Assembly: GCA_938084645.1 (NCBI GenBank)
Contig: CALKEP010000022.1
Location: forward strand, 76,176-140,175
Direction of reading: 5' to 3'
Source of the DNA: an uncultured Phycisphaerales bacterium
Lineage (GTDB): Bacteria > Planctomycetota > Phycisphaerae > Phycisphaerales > SM1A02
Length of the DNA: 64,000 nucleotides
The notes below the pieces were generated by a model that saw only the letters and a list, made by a program, of their open reading frames with translations, ran no database searches and had not been told where the DNA came from. Of the stretch, positions 19,354 through 28,991 are shown piece by piece (the stretch's first letter is position 1; each line of letters opens with the position of its first letter). The position numbers were made by a program, and so were the translations under genes.

Positions 19354-20358
19354 ATGACCACTCCACTCCCTCTCGTCCAGCAGTTCCTCGACTACCTCGT
19401 GGACGAACGGCATTTCAGTCCCTACACCGCTCGTTGCTACGGCCTCGACCTTCGTCAGTACGGCGAGTTTCTGGCCGAGGAGTACGACGCGAACGCCACT
19501 CCCGACGCGGAAGCGGCCGCCCTCGCGGCCCGCACCGCGTCGATCACCGCGGACGTCGATGAGCACACCGTCTCCGGACTGATGCTCGTGGCGGACGTGG
19601 ATCGCATCCGGGGTTTCCTCGGCTGGATGGCCGATCGCGACTATTCCGCGGCGACCACCGCCCGAAAGATCGCCACGCTTCGATCGTTCCACAAGTGGAT
19701 GGAGAAGCGAAGCCTCATCGAGGCGAACCCGATGCTCGCGGTCCGGACCCCGAAGCAGGCCAAGCGGCTTCCCAAGGCGGTCTCCGTGGAGCAGATCGAA
19801 CAACTTCTCGCCGCGCCGGACGACACCGTCCTGCTCGGTGCCCGTGATCGTGCCATCCTCGAAACCCTGTATTCCACCGGCATTCGCGTCAGCGAAGTCG
19901 TGGGCATCAACCGGGGCGACCTCGACGACACCGGCGAAGCGATTCTCATCCGCGGCAAGGGCCGTCGGGAGCGCATGGTTCCGCTGGGTTCGCACGCACT
20001 CGCCGCCCTCCGCAACTACGTGAACCGGCATGATTCGGAACTCGCGGAGGCCGGCATGAAGGCGGACCCGGATTCACCGCTCTTCGTGAACAAGCATGGT
20101 GGTCGCCTCAGCAGCCGCTCGGTGCGAAGAAAGGTGACGAAGTACCTGGAGCAGGTCGGCCTCGATCCCGAGATCAGCCCGCACACCATTCGCCACAGTT
20201 TCGCGACGCACCTGCTCGACAACGGCGCCGATCTCCGATCGGTCCAGGAACTGCTGGGTCACCAGTCGCTTTCGAGCACGCAGGTCTACACGCATCTCTC
20301 GAGTCGTCGGGTCCGGGACTCCTACGACAAGGCCCACCCCCGGGCCGAAGCTGGCTGA
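19354..20358 (+). CDS. xerC: Tyrosine recombinase XerC
   Basis: ERHFSPYTARCY, RKIATLRSF, RDRAILETLYSTGIRVSE, GKG, HTIRHSFATHLL, LGH, TQVYTH. Confidence 0.88.
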   Translation: MTTPLPLVQQFLDYLVDERHFSPYTARCYGLDLRQYGEFLAEEYDANATPDAEAAALAARTASITADVDEHTVSGLMLVADVDRIRGFLGWMADRDYSAATTARKIATLRSFHKWMEKRSLIEANPMLAVRTPKQAKRLPKAVSVEQIEQLLAAPDDTVLLGARDRAILETLYSTGIRVSEVVGINRGDLDDTGEAILIRGKGRRERMVPLGSHALAALRNYVNRHDSELAEAGMKADPDSPLFVNKHGGRLSSRSVRRKVTKYLEQVGLDPEISPHTIRHSFATHLLDNGADLRSVQELLGHQSLSSTQVYTHLSSRRVRDSYDKAHPRAEAG

Positions 20359-20385
20359 ACCAGCCGATCGTTCGACGAAATCGAC

Positions 20386-20423
20386 CGACGACGCCCCGCG
20401 AACATGCGGGGCGTCGTCGTTTC
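20386..20423 (+). terminator. Rho-independent terminator after xerC
   Basis: CGACGACGCCCCGC-gaacat-GCGGGGCGTCGTCG-TTTC, 14-bp perfect stem. Confidence 0.75.
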
Positions 20424-20485
20424 TCGTGGATCCGAATGGCCGGTGCAGTGTCGCGATCCGAGGAAGCCACGTCCGCTCGCCGCCG

Positions 20486-21235
20486 TCACGCGATGAGCAC
20501 GCCGGCGAAGAGCTGCTCCTGTCGCCACTGCATGCTTTCGGTTCCGCGTTGCCGGATCGCTCGTGGCAGGGCGAGGTGAATGGACGCCGGATCGATCAGC
20601 TCGATCTCGTCCGATGTCTCGTGGACGCCGAGTCGGAACGCGGCGCCGGCCCAGTCCACGCGGATCGTGCCGCATTCGATGCCTTCGTGGCTTCGAAGTC
20701 TCCCGCCGTGACTTCGCGGGTATCGACTTGCCGCGGCCAGTTCAAGATCGACCACCTCGCCTCGCAGATCGGCCGGAACGCGAATCGGCTGGTGGATCAC
20801 GCCGAAGTCGCCGCCGCCGCACGTGAACGCGATGTGGATGTCCTCGCCGCCATGCCGTACGGCGAAGCAAGGCCCCTTCGGTCGGAGATGCACGACCACG
20901 TGGGCGGGATTCTCGAACCGGTTCTGGTAGTAGACGCGGAGCTCGGCGGCGCCGCTGGAGTCCAGTCTCACCAGGGGCATGAAGCACACGCCATCGGTCT
21001 CGTAGTAGATCGACCCGACCGCATCGGCAAGCTGGTCGTGCAACCGGTCGGTCAGCCAGAGCGCTTTCACCAGGAACCCCCCGAGCCCGATCACGAGCAC
21101 GAGGCTGACGACCCGTTGAATCCAGATGTCGCTGGTCGCGGCGGGGATCGGGCCCGAGGCGAGCCAGGCCCAGATCGACCAGATGGTGATCGCAGCGAAG
21201 GCGAGTACCAGAACGAAGTTTCGTTTCTCGTGCAT
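20486..21235 (-). CDS. Hypothetical membrane protein (two N-terminal TM helices)
   Basis: Hydrophobic N-terminus followed by a beta-rich soluble part; GGAG upstream. Confidence 0.75.
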   Translation of the reverse strand: MHEKRNFVLVLAFAAITIWSIWAWLASGPIPAATSDIWIQRVVSLVLVIGLGGFLVKALWLTDRLHDQLADAVGSIYYETDGVCFMPLVRLDSSGAAELRVYYQNRFENPAHVVVHLRPKGPCFAVRHGGEDIHIAFTCGGGDFGVIHQPIRVPADLRGEVVDLELAAASRYPRSHGGRLRSHEGIECGTIRVDWAGAAFRLGVHETSDEIELIDPASIHLALPRAIRQRGTESMQWRQEQLFAGVLIA

Positions 21236-21786
21236 GACGATCTCCGGTGCGGTGGCGTCGGTGCCTCGCGGTCGCCTTCACGCCGGTGAGGGAGTGAAGG
21301 TGTTGCACGGCCGATCGTCGCGGGACGCGGGCGAAGTTCGTCACGAAGGTGAACTCGTCGTCTGGATCCGAAACGAAGGCCACGTCGGATCCTGGTCGTA
21401 CCGTGGCGCGGCCGTGCAACGGCCGTGACCTCGAAACGTCGTCGTCTCCTTGTATGGAAGCGTGAATCGAGAAGGCCGCGACACCGCGGCGCGATGAAGG
21501 AAGAGCCCGTGAGGTGCTGCACGTACTTCAGATGCAGCAGGAACAGCAGCAGGTTGATCGGGTGCTCGACGCACGTACGAGACCCGGAAAGTGCGGTCCT
21601 GTCGGCGAATGGAGCCGGCGAGCGGGAAGGCTCGGTCGCGGGCGATCGACATTCGTCGGCGCTACTCCGGACGCTTCGAGGATACCGTACGTCGATGACG
21701 TCCATGCCTTCGGGAATCGTTTTCACGAAGTATTGGGTGGTGACGTCGGCGAGTCGCGAAGAAACGAGGCTGGGGACGAGGCCGCG

Positions 21787-22542
21787 ATGAAGAAAAAGGG
21801 CAGCGCCGATCCGCCATGGAAGCTCGTGCTTGGCGATTGCACCACCGAGATGGCGTCGATCGAGTCGGGAAGCATCGACCTCGTCTATGCGGATCCGCCC
21901 TTTGCGACGAATCAGGTGCAACGTGGCCGATCGGCCGTGCAGGCCTACGACGACCGTTGGTCGGGAATCCCCGAGTATCTCGACTTCATGACGACCCGGA
22001 TCGAGGACATGCATCGGGTGCTCGCCGAGGACGGAGCGATCCTCTTGCACTGCGACTGGCGGGCCTCGCACCATCTCCGACTGGTTCTGGACCGCGTCTT
22101 CGGCCCGGAGCGATTCGTGAACCACCTGATCTGGAAGTACGGACTCGGGGGTTCGAGTCCGACGCGATTCGCCCGAAAGCACGACGACATCCTCTACTAC
22201 GCTCGCGGGGACGACCGCTGGTTCGACCCGCCGATGGTCCTCGCAACGAGCCGGAAGATGGCGGGCGAAATGAAGAAGGCGACCGATGTGCTCGATGTTC
22301 CCGCGATCAACAACATGGCCGCGGAACGGACGGGCTGGCCGACCCAGAAGCCGCTCGCGTTGCTCCGACTGCTGGTCAATGCCTGCGTGCGTCCGGGGGG
22401 CGTCGTCCTCGATCCCTTCTGCGGCAGCGGAACGACGCTCGTCGCGGCGGTGGCGTCCGGCCGTCGGGCGATCGGGATCGATCGCGATCCCACCGCGATC
22501 GAGATCGCGCGCGAACGACTCGAGGCGACGATGCCCGACTGA
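21787..22542 (+). CDS. Site-specific DNA methyltransferase (N6A/N4C, beta class), orphan
   Basis: LGDC, IDLVYADPPF, WPTQKPLALL, VLDPFCGSGTT; the catalytic motif precedes the SAM motif. Confidence 0.92.
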   Translation: MKKKGSADPPWKLVLGDCTTEMASIESGSIDLVYADPPFATNQVQRGRSAVQAYDDRWSGIPEYLDFMTTRIEDMHRVLAEDGAILLHCDWRASHHLRLVLDRVFGPERFVNHLIWKYGLGGSSPTRFARKHDDILYYARGDDRWFDPPMVLATSRKMAGEMKKATDVLDVPAINNMAAERTGWPTQKPLALLRLLVNACVRPGGVVLDPFCGSGTTLVAAVASGRRAIGIDRDPTAIEIARERLEATMPD

Positions 22543-22580
22543 GGGTCGAGAGGAAGGCGGGGGCGGGCGGGTTCGGCGAA

Positions 22581-23735
22581 TCAGTCGGCGACCGCGCCGG
22601 GAACGATCGCGGCCAGGGTGTCGGACCGGTGCGGATCGATCGAGTCCGCGGTGATCGTGAGATGCCCCACCTTTCGAGCGACGCGAGCCGCCTTGCGATA
22701 GCCGTGGAACACGGCGTCACCGTTTCGATGCGAGCCTTCGGTCGCGACGCCTGCCGGATCGACCACGGCGACGCCGGCATCGGCCAGCGCCGAGGGGGAG
22801 GGGGAATCCCCGATCGCGTTCAGCATGATTCCGTGGCCATGTCGTGCATCGGTCGGGCCGAGGGGGTGCCCGGTCACCGCTCGGACATGGTTCTCGAACT
22901 GGTCGGTCTCCGAGAATTCGATCGTCAGGTGTCCGCTGTTGTGCACCCGGGGGGCGATCTCGTTGGCGAGGACCTCGTCGCCGATCACGAAGAACTCCAC
23001 GGTGAGGACGCCGACATGGTCGAGGGCCTCCGCGATGCGGACCGCATGGTCCACCATCGCCGAGCCGGCCCGGGGAGAGACGCCCGGTGCGGGGCACTCG
23101 CTTCTTCGGAGGATGCCGGCGGCGTGCTGGTTTCGAATCGGTGGCCAGGCCTTGGTGGTGCCGTCGACGCCCCGCACCACGAGCACGCTCGCTTCGAGGT
23201 CGAAGTCGATCATCGCTTCGAGAATCGCCGGTCGACCGCCGATGGCGTCGATCGCGTCGGACGCCGCGTCCGCGTCACGCAGAACGACCTGGCCCTTTCC
23301 GTCGTATCCACCATGTCGCGTCTTCAGGATCGCGGGAGTTCCGATCTGGGTGATGGCCGCCGCGAGCGACGCGACGTCATCGACTGCGTGGAACGGTGGG
23401 ACTGGAACGCCGTGCTCGGCGAGGAATCGTTTCTCGACCAGTCGGTCCTGGGAGGTCTCGAGCGAATTCCATCCCGGCCGGACCGGAATGGTCGCCGCGA
23501 GCGATGCGGCCGCGGTCGCCGGAACGTTCTCGAATTCATAGGTGATCACGTCACATCGTCGAGCGAGTTCGGCGAGGGCGTCCGGATCGTCGTAGGCGGC
23601 GCGAATACGTTCGCCCACCAGGTCGGCCGTGCACGATTCCGCGGGATCGAGGAAGACGCACTCGATCCCCAGTCGCCGAGCCGCGATTCCGAGCATCCAG
23701 CCGAGCTGGCCGCCGCCGAGAATCCCGAGGGTCAC
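22581..23735 (-). CDS. purK: N5-CAIR synthetase
   Basis: [47 protein letters not shown]-coupled to purE. Confidence 0.95.
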   Translation of the reverse strand: MTLGILGGGQLGWMLGIAARRLGIECVFLDPAESCTADLVGERIRAAYDDPDALAELARRCDVITYEFENVPATAAASLAATIPVRPGWNSLETSQDRLVEKRFLAEHGVPVPPFHAVDDVASLAAAITQIGTPAILKTRHGGYDGKGQVVLRDADAASDAIDAIGGRPAILEAMIDFDLEASVLVVRGVDGTTKAWPPIRNQHAAGILRRSECPAPGVSPRAGSAMVDHAVRIAEALDHVGVLTVEFFVIGDEVLANEIAPRVHNSGHLTIEFSETDQFENHVRAVTGHPLGPTDARHGHGIMLNAIGDSPSPSALADAGVAVVDPAGVATEGSHRNGDAVFHGYRKAARVARKVGHLTITADSIDPHRSDTLAAIVPGAVAD

Positions 23736-24268
23736 GAGTTTCTCGCTCCCCCGGTCGGGTCGTCGCCGGGAATCGGGTTCTCGAGCACGCGCTGCGTCTG
23801 TTTCCTCCGCCACTCGACGAGCCGGTTCCGCACCGTCTCGTCCTCGATCGCGATCACCGACGCCGCCAGCAGCCCGGCGTTCGTCGCGCCCGCCTGGCCG
23901 ATCGCGAGGGTTCCGACCGGGATGCCGGCGGGCATCTGCACGATCGAGAGCAGCGAGTCCATGCCCGAGAGGGCCTTGGACCGCACCGGCACGCCGAACA
24001 CGGGGAGATGCGTCTTCGAGGCGACCATCCCCGGCAGGTGGGCGGCTCCACCGGCGCCGGCCACGATCACCCGAAGGCCCCGGTCGGCCGCGGACCCTGC
24101 GTAGTCGAAGAGGAGGTCCGGGGTCCGGTGGGCGCTGACGACCCGGCATTCGTGTGGCACGCCGAGCGACTCGAGGGTCTCGGCGGTGTGGGACATGGTC
24201 TCCCAGTCGGACTGGGATCCCATGATCACGCCGACCAGCGGCGTCGCGACGGTTGCGGCGGTGCTCAT
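23732..24268 (-). CDS. purE: N5-CAIR mutase
   Basis: [34 protein letters not shown]. Confidence 0.97.
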   Translation of the reverse strand: MSTAATVATPLVGVIMGSQSDWETMSHTAETLESLGVPHECRVVSAHRTPDLLFDYAGSAADRGLRVIVAGAGGAAHLPGMVASKTHLPVFGVPVRSKALSGMDSLLSIVQMPAGIPVGTLAIGQAGATNAGLLAASVIAIEDETVRNRLVEWRRKQTQRVLENPIPGDDPTGGARNS

Positions 24269-24387
24269 CGCCGAATTCTACCGTCCCGCGGGGCGGAGAT
24301 CGGATCCCGCTCCGAGACGACGGGGGCGGCGTTTTCGAGGGTCGGGCGGAGCGTGACCACGGTCGGTGCGAGTAGCATCCGGAACCC

Positions 24388-25239
24388 ATGCCAAGCATCA
24401 CCATCAACAAGATCGCCGTCGACCTGATCGAGCAGGAACGATCCTCCTTCCAGCGTTTCGCCGAAATGTCGTTTTCGCAGTGCGTGAACCTGATCCAGAT
24501 TCCGCAGGAGCGTCGGTACATCTCGATGCTTCCGGCCTCGTACGTCCTCCGGCGTCGGGAGGAGGGGGACGCGTGGGACGACCCCATGATGCAGGTCGCG
24601 CTCTGGAACCTCCATGATCTCGGGGTCGCGGAGATGAGCATGTCGATGGCGTCGCCCGAGGGTGGCGGTGATCCCGAGCCGCAGATCCGATTCGATCGGG
24701 CCGAGGCGACCGACATGGCCCTCGGTCGTGACTCGGCGATCAACTTCTCGACGGTGAAGAGCGGGCGCGGTCTGATCGCGGCACTGAACAACGTCATCCA
24801 CCGGACGTTCCATCTGAACGGCCAGGAGTTCGAAGTCGGCATCCAGGACCGCGAGCAGGTCGAGAAGTACGCGAAGATGGCCCACGAGATCCGCCAGCCG
24901 CAGGAGGGTCTGCTGTTCGCGATCGCGCGGGTGCTTGCGAGCATGCTCAAGCAGGGCCTCACCGTGGAGGACGTCGAGGTCCGGGCGGGGATGGAGCTCC
25001 TGACGAATCTCGGATGCACCGCGATCTCGGTCGTCACCGACGAGGATCGGGTCGTGTTCAACGGTTTCAGCGTGATGGCGGGGCTTTCCAGCGGGCTGCT
25101 TCAGGGGCTCGAGTGGGAGCAATTGAAGGAGATCCGGAAGAACGTCGAGATGATGATCGATCAGATCAAGGCTCGCGAGGAGACGCCGGTCGTCCAGAGC
25201 ATGCCGCGACCGGTCGCGAAGCGACGTCGCCGAAACTGA
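24388..25239 (+). CDS. Hypothetical cytoplasmic protein with an apparent internal duplication
   Basis: Clean 283-aa ORF with host-like codon use; TAGCAT upstream; no recognisable family. Confidence 0.8.
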   Translation: MPSITINKIAVDLIEQERSSFQRFAEMSFSQCVNLIQIPQERRYISMLPASYVLRRREEGDAWDDPMMQVALWNLHDLGVAEMSMSMASPEGGGDPEPQIRFDRAEATDMALGRDSAINFSTVKSGRGLIAALNNVIHRTFHLNGQEFEVGIQDREQVEKYAKMAHEIRQPQEGLLFAIARVLASMLKQGLTVEDVEVRAGMELLTNLGCTAISVVTDEDRVVFNGFSVMAGLSSGLLQGLEWEQLKEIRKNVEMMIDQIKAREETPVVQSMPRPVAKRRRRN

Positions 25240-25283
25240 TTTCGAAGCCCCGGATCCCCGGTCGGATGCGGTAGCATCGAGCG

Positions 25284-28223
25284 ATGCTCAATCCACTCCC
25301 GCTGCTCGTCCTCGTCCTGTCCTTCCTGCCCACGTCCATCCGCCCGGACGAAGCATCTCCGAGGTGGATCTGGGTGTCCGCCGACGAGGTCGCGGGCGAA
25401 CGCGGGCGATTCGAACGTCAGATCATGATTCCCGAGGGCGCGACCCGCATGCTGGTCCGTGCCGCGGCGGACAATCGGTTCACCCTCCATCTCGACGATG
25501 AATTCCTGCTTCGGGGGAGTGACTGGTCCCGGACCGGGGAAGTGGAGATCGCGAATCCCGCGGCGGGCGAGCGCACCATTCGCTTCGACTGCACCAATGA
25601 CGGAGGACCGGCCGGCCTGGCGGCGGTGATCCTGATCGAAGGTCCCGACGGCGGGCGTCGATTCGTGACCGACGAGTCCTGGACCGCCAGCCGACTGGCG
25701 AATGGCGTCGCGACGCCGGTCGACCTGGTCGACTTCGGGCCGACCTCGGCGCCGAAGGGGCCTTGGAAGGATCCGTTCGCGGTGAAGGTCGCCACCCCGG
25801 TGGAGTCGATCACCGTTCCCGAAGGTTTCGCCATCGAACTGCTTCATTCCTCGCAGCCGGGCGAAGGTTCATGGAGTTCGATGACCGTCGATCCGCAGGG
25901 GCGGATCGTGGTGTCCCCGCAGTACGGACCGCTCCAGAGGATCTCGATTTCCGAGGACGCCGGATCGGAGGTGGTCGTCGAGCGATTGCACGAATCGGTC
26001 GGTCGTGCCCAGGGACTTCTGTTCGTCGGTGGTGATCTCTACGCGAGCGTGGTCGACGATCCGGGTCGTGCCGGTGGTCTCTGGCGACTGCAGGATCGTG
26101 ACGGTGACGATCGCTTCGAGGTCGCGGAACATCTGGCGGCGTACGGCAACGGTTCGGAGCACGGACCGCACGGGCTGGTGCTCGGGCCGGACGGCATGAT
26201 CTGGACCGCGATCGGGAACTACTGCGTGACCCCGACCGCGATCGCGGAGACGAGCCCGCACGCGAACTGGTCGGAGGACACCGTGCTCGAGCGGATCTGG
26301 GATCCCCGCGGCCATGCGGTGGGCAAGATGGCGCCGGGCGGTCTGGTGCTCCGCACCGATCTCGACGGGGCCGAGTGGGAGATCGTCGCGGGCGGGTTTC
26401 GGAATCCCTACGACCTCGACTTCACCGCGGACGGTGAGCTCTTCACCTACGACGCGGACATGGAGTGGGACATCGGGACCCCGTGGTATCGCAGTCCTCG
26501 ATTCGTCCACGTGGTTTCCGGCGGTGAGTACGGATGGCGCGGCGGCAGCGTGAAGTGGCCGGTGGAATCGCCGGACGCGCGGCCGGCGGCCCTGGAGATG
26601 GATGCGGGGAGTCCCACGGGCGTGGTGAGCGGGCATCGCTCCGCGTTTCCGTCGCCGTGGCGCGACCGGATGTTCCTCGGCGACTGGGCCTACGGCCGCG
26701 TGATCGCGGTCGATCTGGAATCCGACGGTGCGAGTCACGTCGCGACCGCGGTTCCCTTTCTCGAGGGTCGGCCCTTCAACGTCACCGACTTCGCCTTCGG
26801 TCCGGATGGCGCGATGTACCTGACCACCGGAGGCCGCGGCTCGCAATCCGGGCTCTATCGCGTGCGGTGGATCGGCGACGGCGCGACCGCGCCGGTCGGA
26901 TTCGATCCGGTGGTGTCGCCCGCGATCGCGCGTCGAAGGTCGATCGAGGAATCACATCGAGACGCGCAGGCCCTCGACCGGGAGGCGTTGGTCGACGCCC
27001 TCGGCGATGCGGACCCGGCGATTCGGTATGCGGCGAGAATCGGCGTCGAACGCGCCCTGGTCGCGGCCCGCGACGGCGAGCCCGGCTGTTTCACCGAGGC
27101 CGACGACGACGTCGTCGCGATGCTGCTGGACGCGCCCGCGGCAAGTGGAGGTTGGGAGGCGGCGATCGCGGTGATGCGGGTCGGCGACCGTGCGGATGCG
27201 CTCCGGTCCCTGGGCCGGATCGAGGAAATGGTGTTCGAGGACGATGGCCCGGACGGTCGGCTCCGTCTCGCACGCGTGCTCGGGCTTCTCATCGCTCGGC
27301 ATGGTCCTCTGGAGCCGGAGCATCGGGATCGGATCATCGAGATGCTCGAACCCATCTATCCCACCGGAGAGTTCGCGGCGGATCGAAGCATGGTGGAGGT
27401 GCTCGTCGCGCTCGACGTGCCCGACGTGATCGAGCCGACGCTCTCGCTGATCGAATCGGCGGCGGATCAGGAGACGGCGATCGTGTTCCTGCATGCCCTG
27501 CGACTCCAGCGAAGTGGCTGGGACGCCGCGTCGCGAGTCCGGGCGATGGATGCGTTGGATCGTGCGACGACCTATGCCGGCGGCGCGAGTCTTCCGGGGT
27601 TCATCGCGGCGATCCGGGACGACCTCGCCGAACGACTCGGTCCCGATGCCGCGGCGGCGCTGGCGGCTCGGACCGAGGCCGCTCGGGAGCGGCGTGCAGA
27701 GGCGGACGTGAGGGCCTTCGTCCGCGCCTGGTCGGTCGACGACTTCTCGATCCATCTCGCGCGGGTGCACGCGGGCCGGGACTTCAGTCGCGGGCAGGCG
27801 ATGTACGAGTCGCTTCAATGTGCCGCCTGTCACAAGGTGGGGGAGACGGGGATCGCCTACGGACCCGATCTGACCGGCGCGGGTGGTCGTTTCTCGCCGC
27901 ACGATCTCCTCGTCGCGATCATCGAGCCCGAACGCGATCTCTCCGACCAGTACGCGGGCGTTCTGGTCGAGCGCGGCGACGCCGATCCGGTCATCGGGCT
28001 CCCGATCGGCGTGGAGGGGGACGTGCTCGCGGTCGCGCCCGACCCGCGGACCGGCACGCTCCGGGTGGAGATACCCCTCGAGGAGATCACCGCGCAGACC
28101 GCGGTGACGCCGATGCCTGCGGGACTGGTGGATACCGCGACGATGGACGAGATCCTCGACCTGCTGGCGTACATGCGATCCGGAGGCGACGCCACCGACC
28201 CGGCGTTCCAGCGTCCGCCATGA
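25284..28223 (+). CDS. PVC-type heme-binding membrane dehydrogenase-like protein (sugar-binding N-domain, GSDH propeller, HEAT-like region, cytochrome c)
   Basis: PRWIW...ADNRF...GPAGL N-domain; EHGPHG, GGFRNPYD, TYDADMEWD; CAACH...GPDLTG...MPAGL. Confidence 0.9.
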   Translation: MLNPLPLLVLVLSFLPTSIRPDEASPRWIWVSADEVAGERGRFERQIMIPEGATRMLVRAAADNRFTLHLDDEFLLRGSDWSRTGEVEIANPAAGERTIRFDCTNDGGPAGLAAVILIEGPDGGRRFVTDESWTASRLANGVATPVDLVDFGPTSAPKGPWKDPFAVKVATPVESITVPEGFAIELLHSSQPGEGSWSSMTVDPQGRIVVSPQYGPLQRISISEDAGSEVVVERLHESVGRAQGLLFVGGDLYASVVDDPGRAGGLWRLQDRDGDDRFEVAEHLAAYGNGSEHGPHGLVLGPDGMIWTAIGNYCVTPTAIAETSPHANWSEDTVLERIWDPRGHAVGKMAPGGLVLRTDLDGAEWEIVAGGFRNPYDLDFTADGELFTYDADMEWDIGTPWYRSPRFVHVVSGGEYGWRGGSVKWPVESPDARPAALEMDAGSPTGVVSGHRSAFPSPWRDRMFLGDWAYGRVIAVDLESDGASHVATAVPFLEGRPFNVTDFAFGPDGAMYLTTGGRGSQSGLYRVRWIGDGATAPVGFDPVVSPAIARRRSIEESHRDAQALDREALVDALGDADPAIRYAARIGVERALVAARDGEPGCFTEADDDVVAMLLDAPAASGGWEAAIAVMRVGDRADALRSLGRIEEMVFEDDGPDGRLRLARVLGLLIARHGPLEPEHRDRIIEMLEPIYPTGEFAADRSMVEVLVALDVPDVIEPTLSLIESAADQETAIVFLHALRLQRSGWDAASRVRAMDALDRATTYAGGASLPGFIAAIRDDLAERLGPDAAAALAARTEAARERRAEADVRAFVRAWSVDDFSIHLARVHAGRDFSRGQAMYESLQCAACHKVGETGIAYGPDLTGAGGRFSPHDLLVAIIEPERDLSDQYAGVLVERGDADPVIGLPIGVEGDVLAVAPDPRTGTLRVEIPLEEITAQTAVTPMPAGLVDTATMDEILDLLAYMRSGGDATDPAFQRPP

Positions 28224-28906
28224 CCGACGAACGTCGCTCCTCGAATCCCAGCCGGATTCCACCCCCGCCGGGAGCGGAAGGTGTTCCCCACGAGGTCTTC
28301 CACGACGTCTATCGGCGTTCGAAGGCGCTGTGGGTGACGGGCCGGCCGCAGCCCGCGGTACTGACTGCGATCGAACGAGGTTGGTTCCGCGAAGGGCCGC
28401 TGTTCGACGCCGGATGCGGGACGGGCGAGAACGCGATCGCCATCGCGAAGGCGCATCCGTCCCTCCGGATTCTCGCCATGGATGCGGTCCCCGAAGCGGT
28501 CGATGCCGCCGCCGTCGCCGGCCGGGAGGCGGGAGTCGCGGACCGGATCAGCTTCGAGGTCGCCGATCTGCGGACGGAGGGCCCACCGTCCGAGTACGCC
28601 TGCGTGCTCGATGCGGGAGTCCTGCACGTCTTTTCCGACGTCGATCGCCCTCGGTACCTGCAGGTGGTGCATGACGTGCTTCAGCCCGGCGGGGCGGCGA
28701 TCTTCATCGTGTTCAGCACCGAGGAGATCCGTCCCGGCGGTCCCCGGCGGTTGGACCGGGAAGAGCTCCTTTCCTCGATCGAAGCAGCGGGATTCCGCGT
28801 CGACTCGATCGAGAAGGCCCGGTACGAGACCCTCGGACACGAGGGTGGAGCGCGATCCTGGCTCGTTCGAGCCTTTCGAGCCCTCGCACCCCCGGATGCC
28901 ACCTGA
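28220..28906 (+). CDS. Class I SAM-dependent methyltransferase
   Basis: WVTGRPQP, FDAGCGTGENA, LDAGVLHVF; ATGA overlap. Confidence 0.88.
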   Translation: MTDERRSSNPSRIPPPPGAEGVPHEVFHDVYRRSKALWVTGRPQPAVLTAIERGWFREGPLFDAGCGTGENAIAIAKAHPSLRILAMDAVPEAVDAAAVAGREAGVADRISFEVADLRTEGPPSEYACVLDAGVLHVFSDVDRPRYLQVVHDVLQPGGAAIFIVFSTEEIRPGGPRRLDREELLSSIEAAGFRVDSIEKARYETLGHEGGARSWLVRAFRALAPPDAT

Positions 28907-28991
28907 GACGCCGTCGCGGCCCGGGGCCGATCGGGGTGTTTCGCGGATTCGACGTGGCCGAACCAACGACCGGGGGGGATAGAATCGAGGC

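Noticed and set aside
16107..20358. tRNA plus tyrosine recombinase as an integrative element
   Set aside because: The recombinase has XerC hallmarks and is 3 kb from the tRNA. I saw no duplicated tRNA 3' end (att) and no mobility genes.
22581..25061. 826-aa ORF as an extended PurK fusion
   Set aside because: The upstream part overlaps purE and is antisense to 24388-25239. PurK starts at GTG 23735, overlapping the purE stop.
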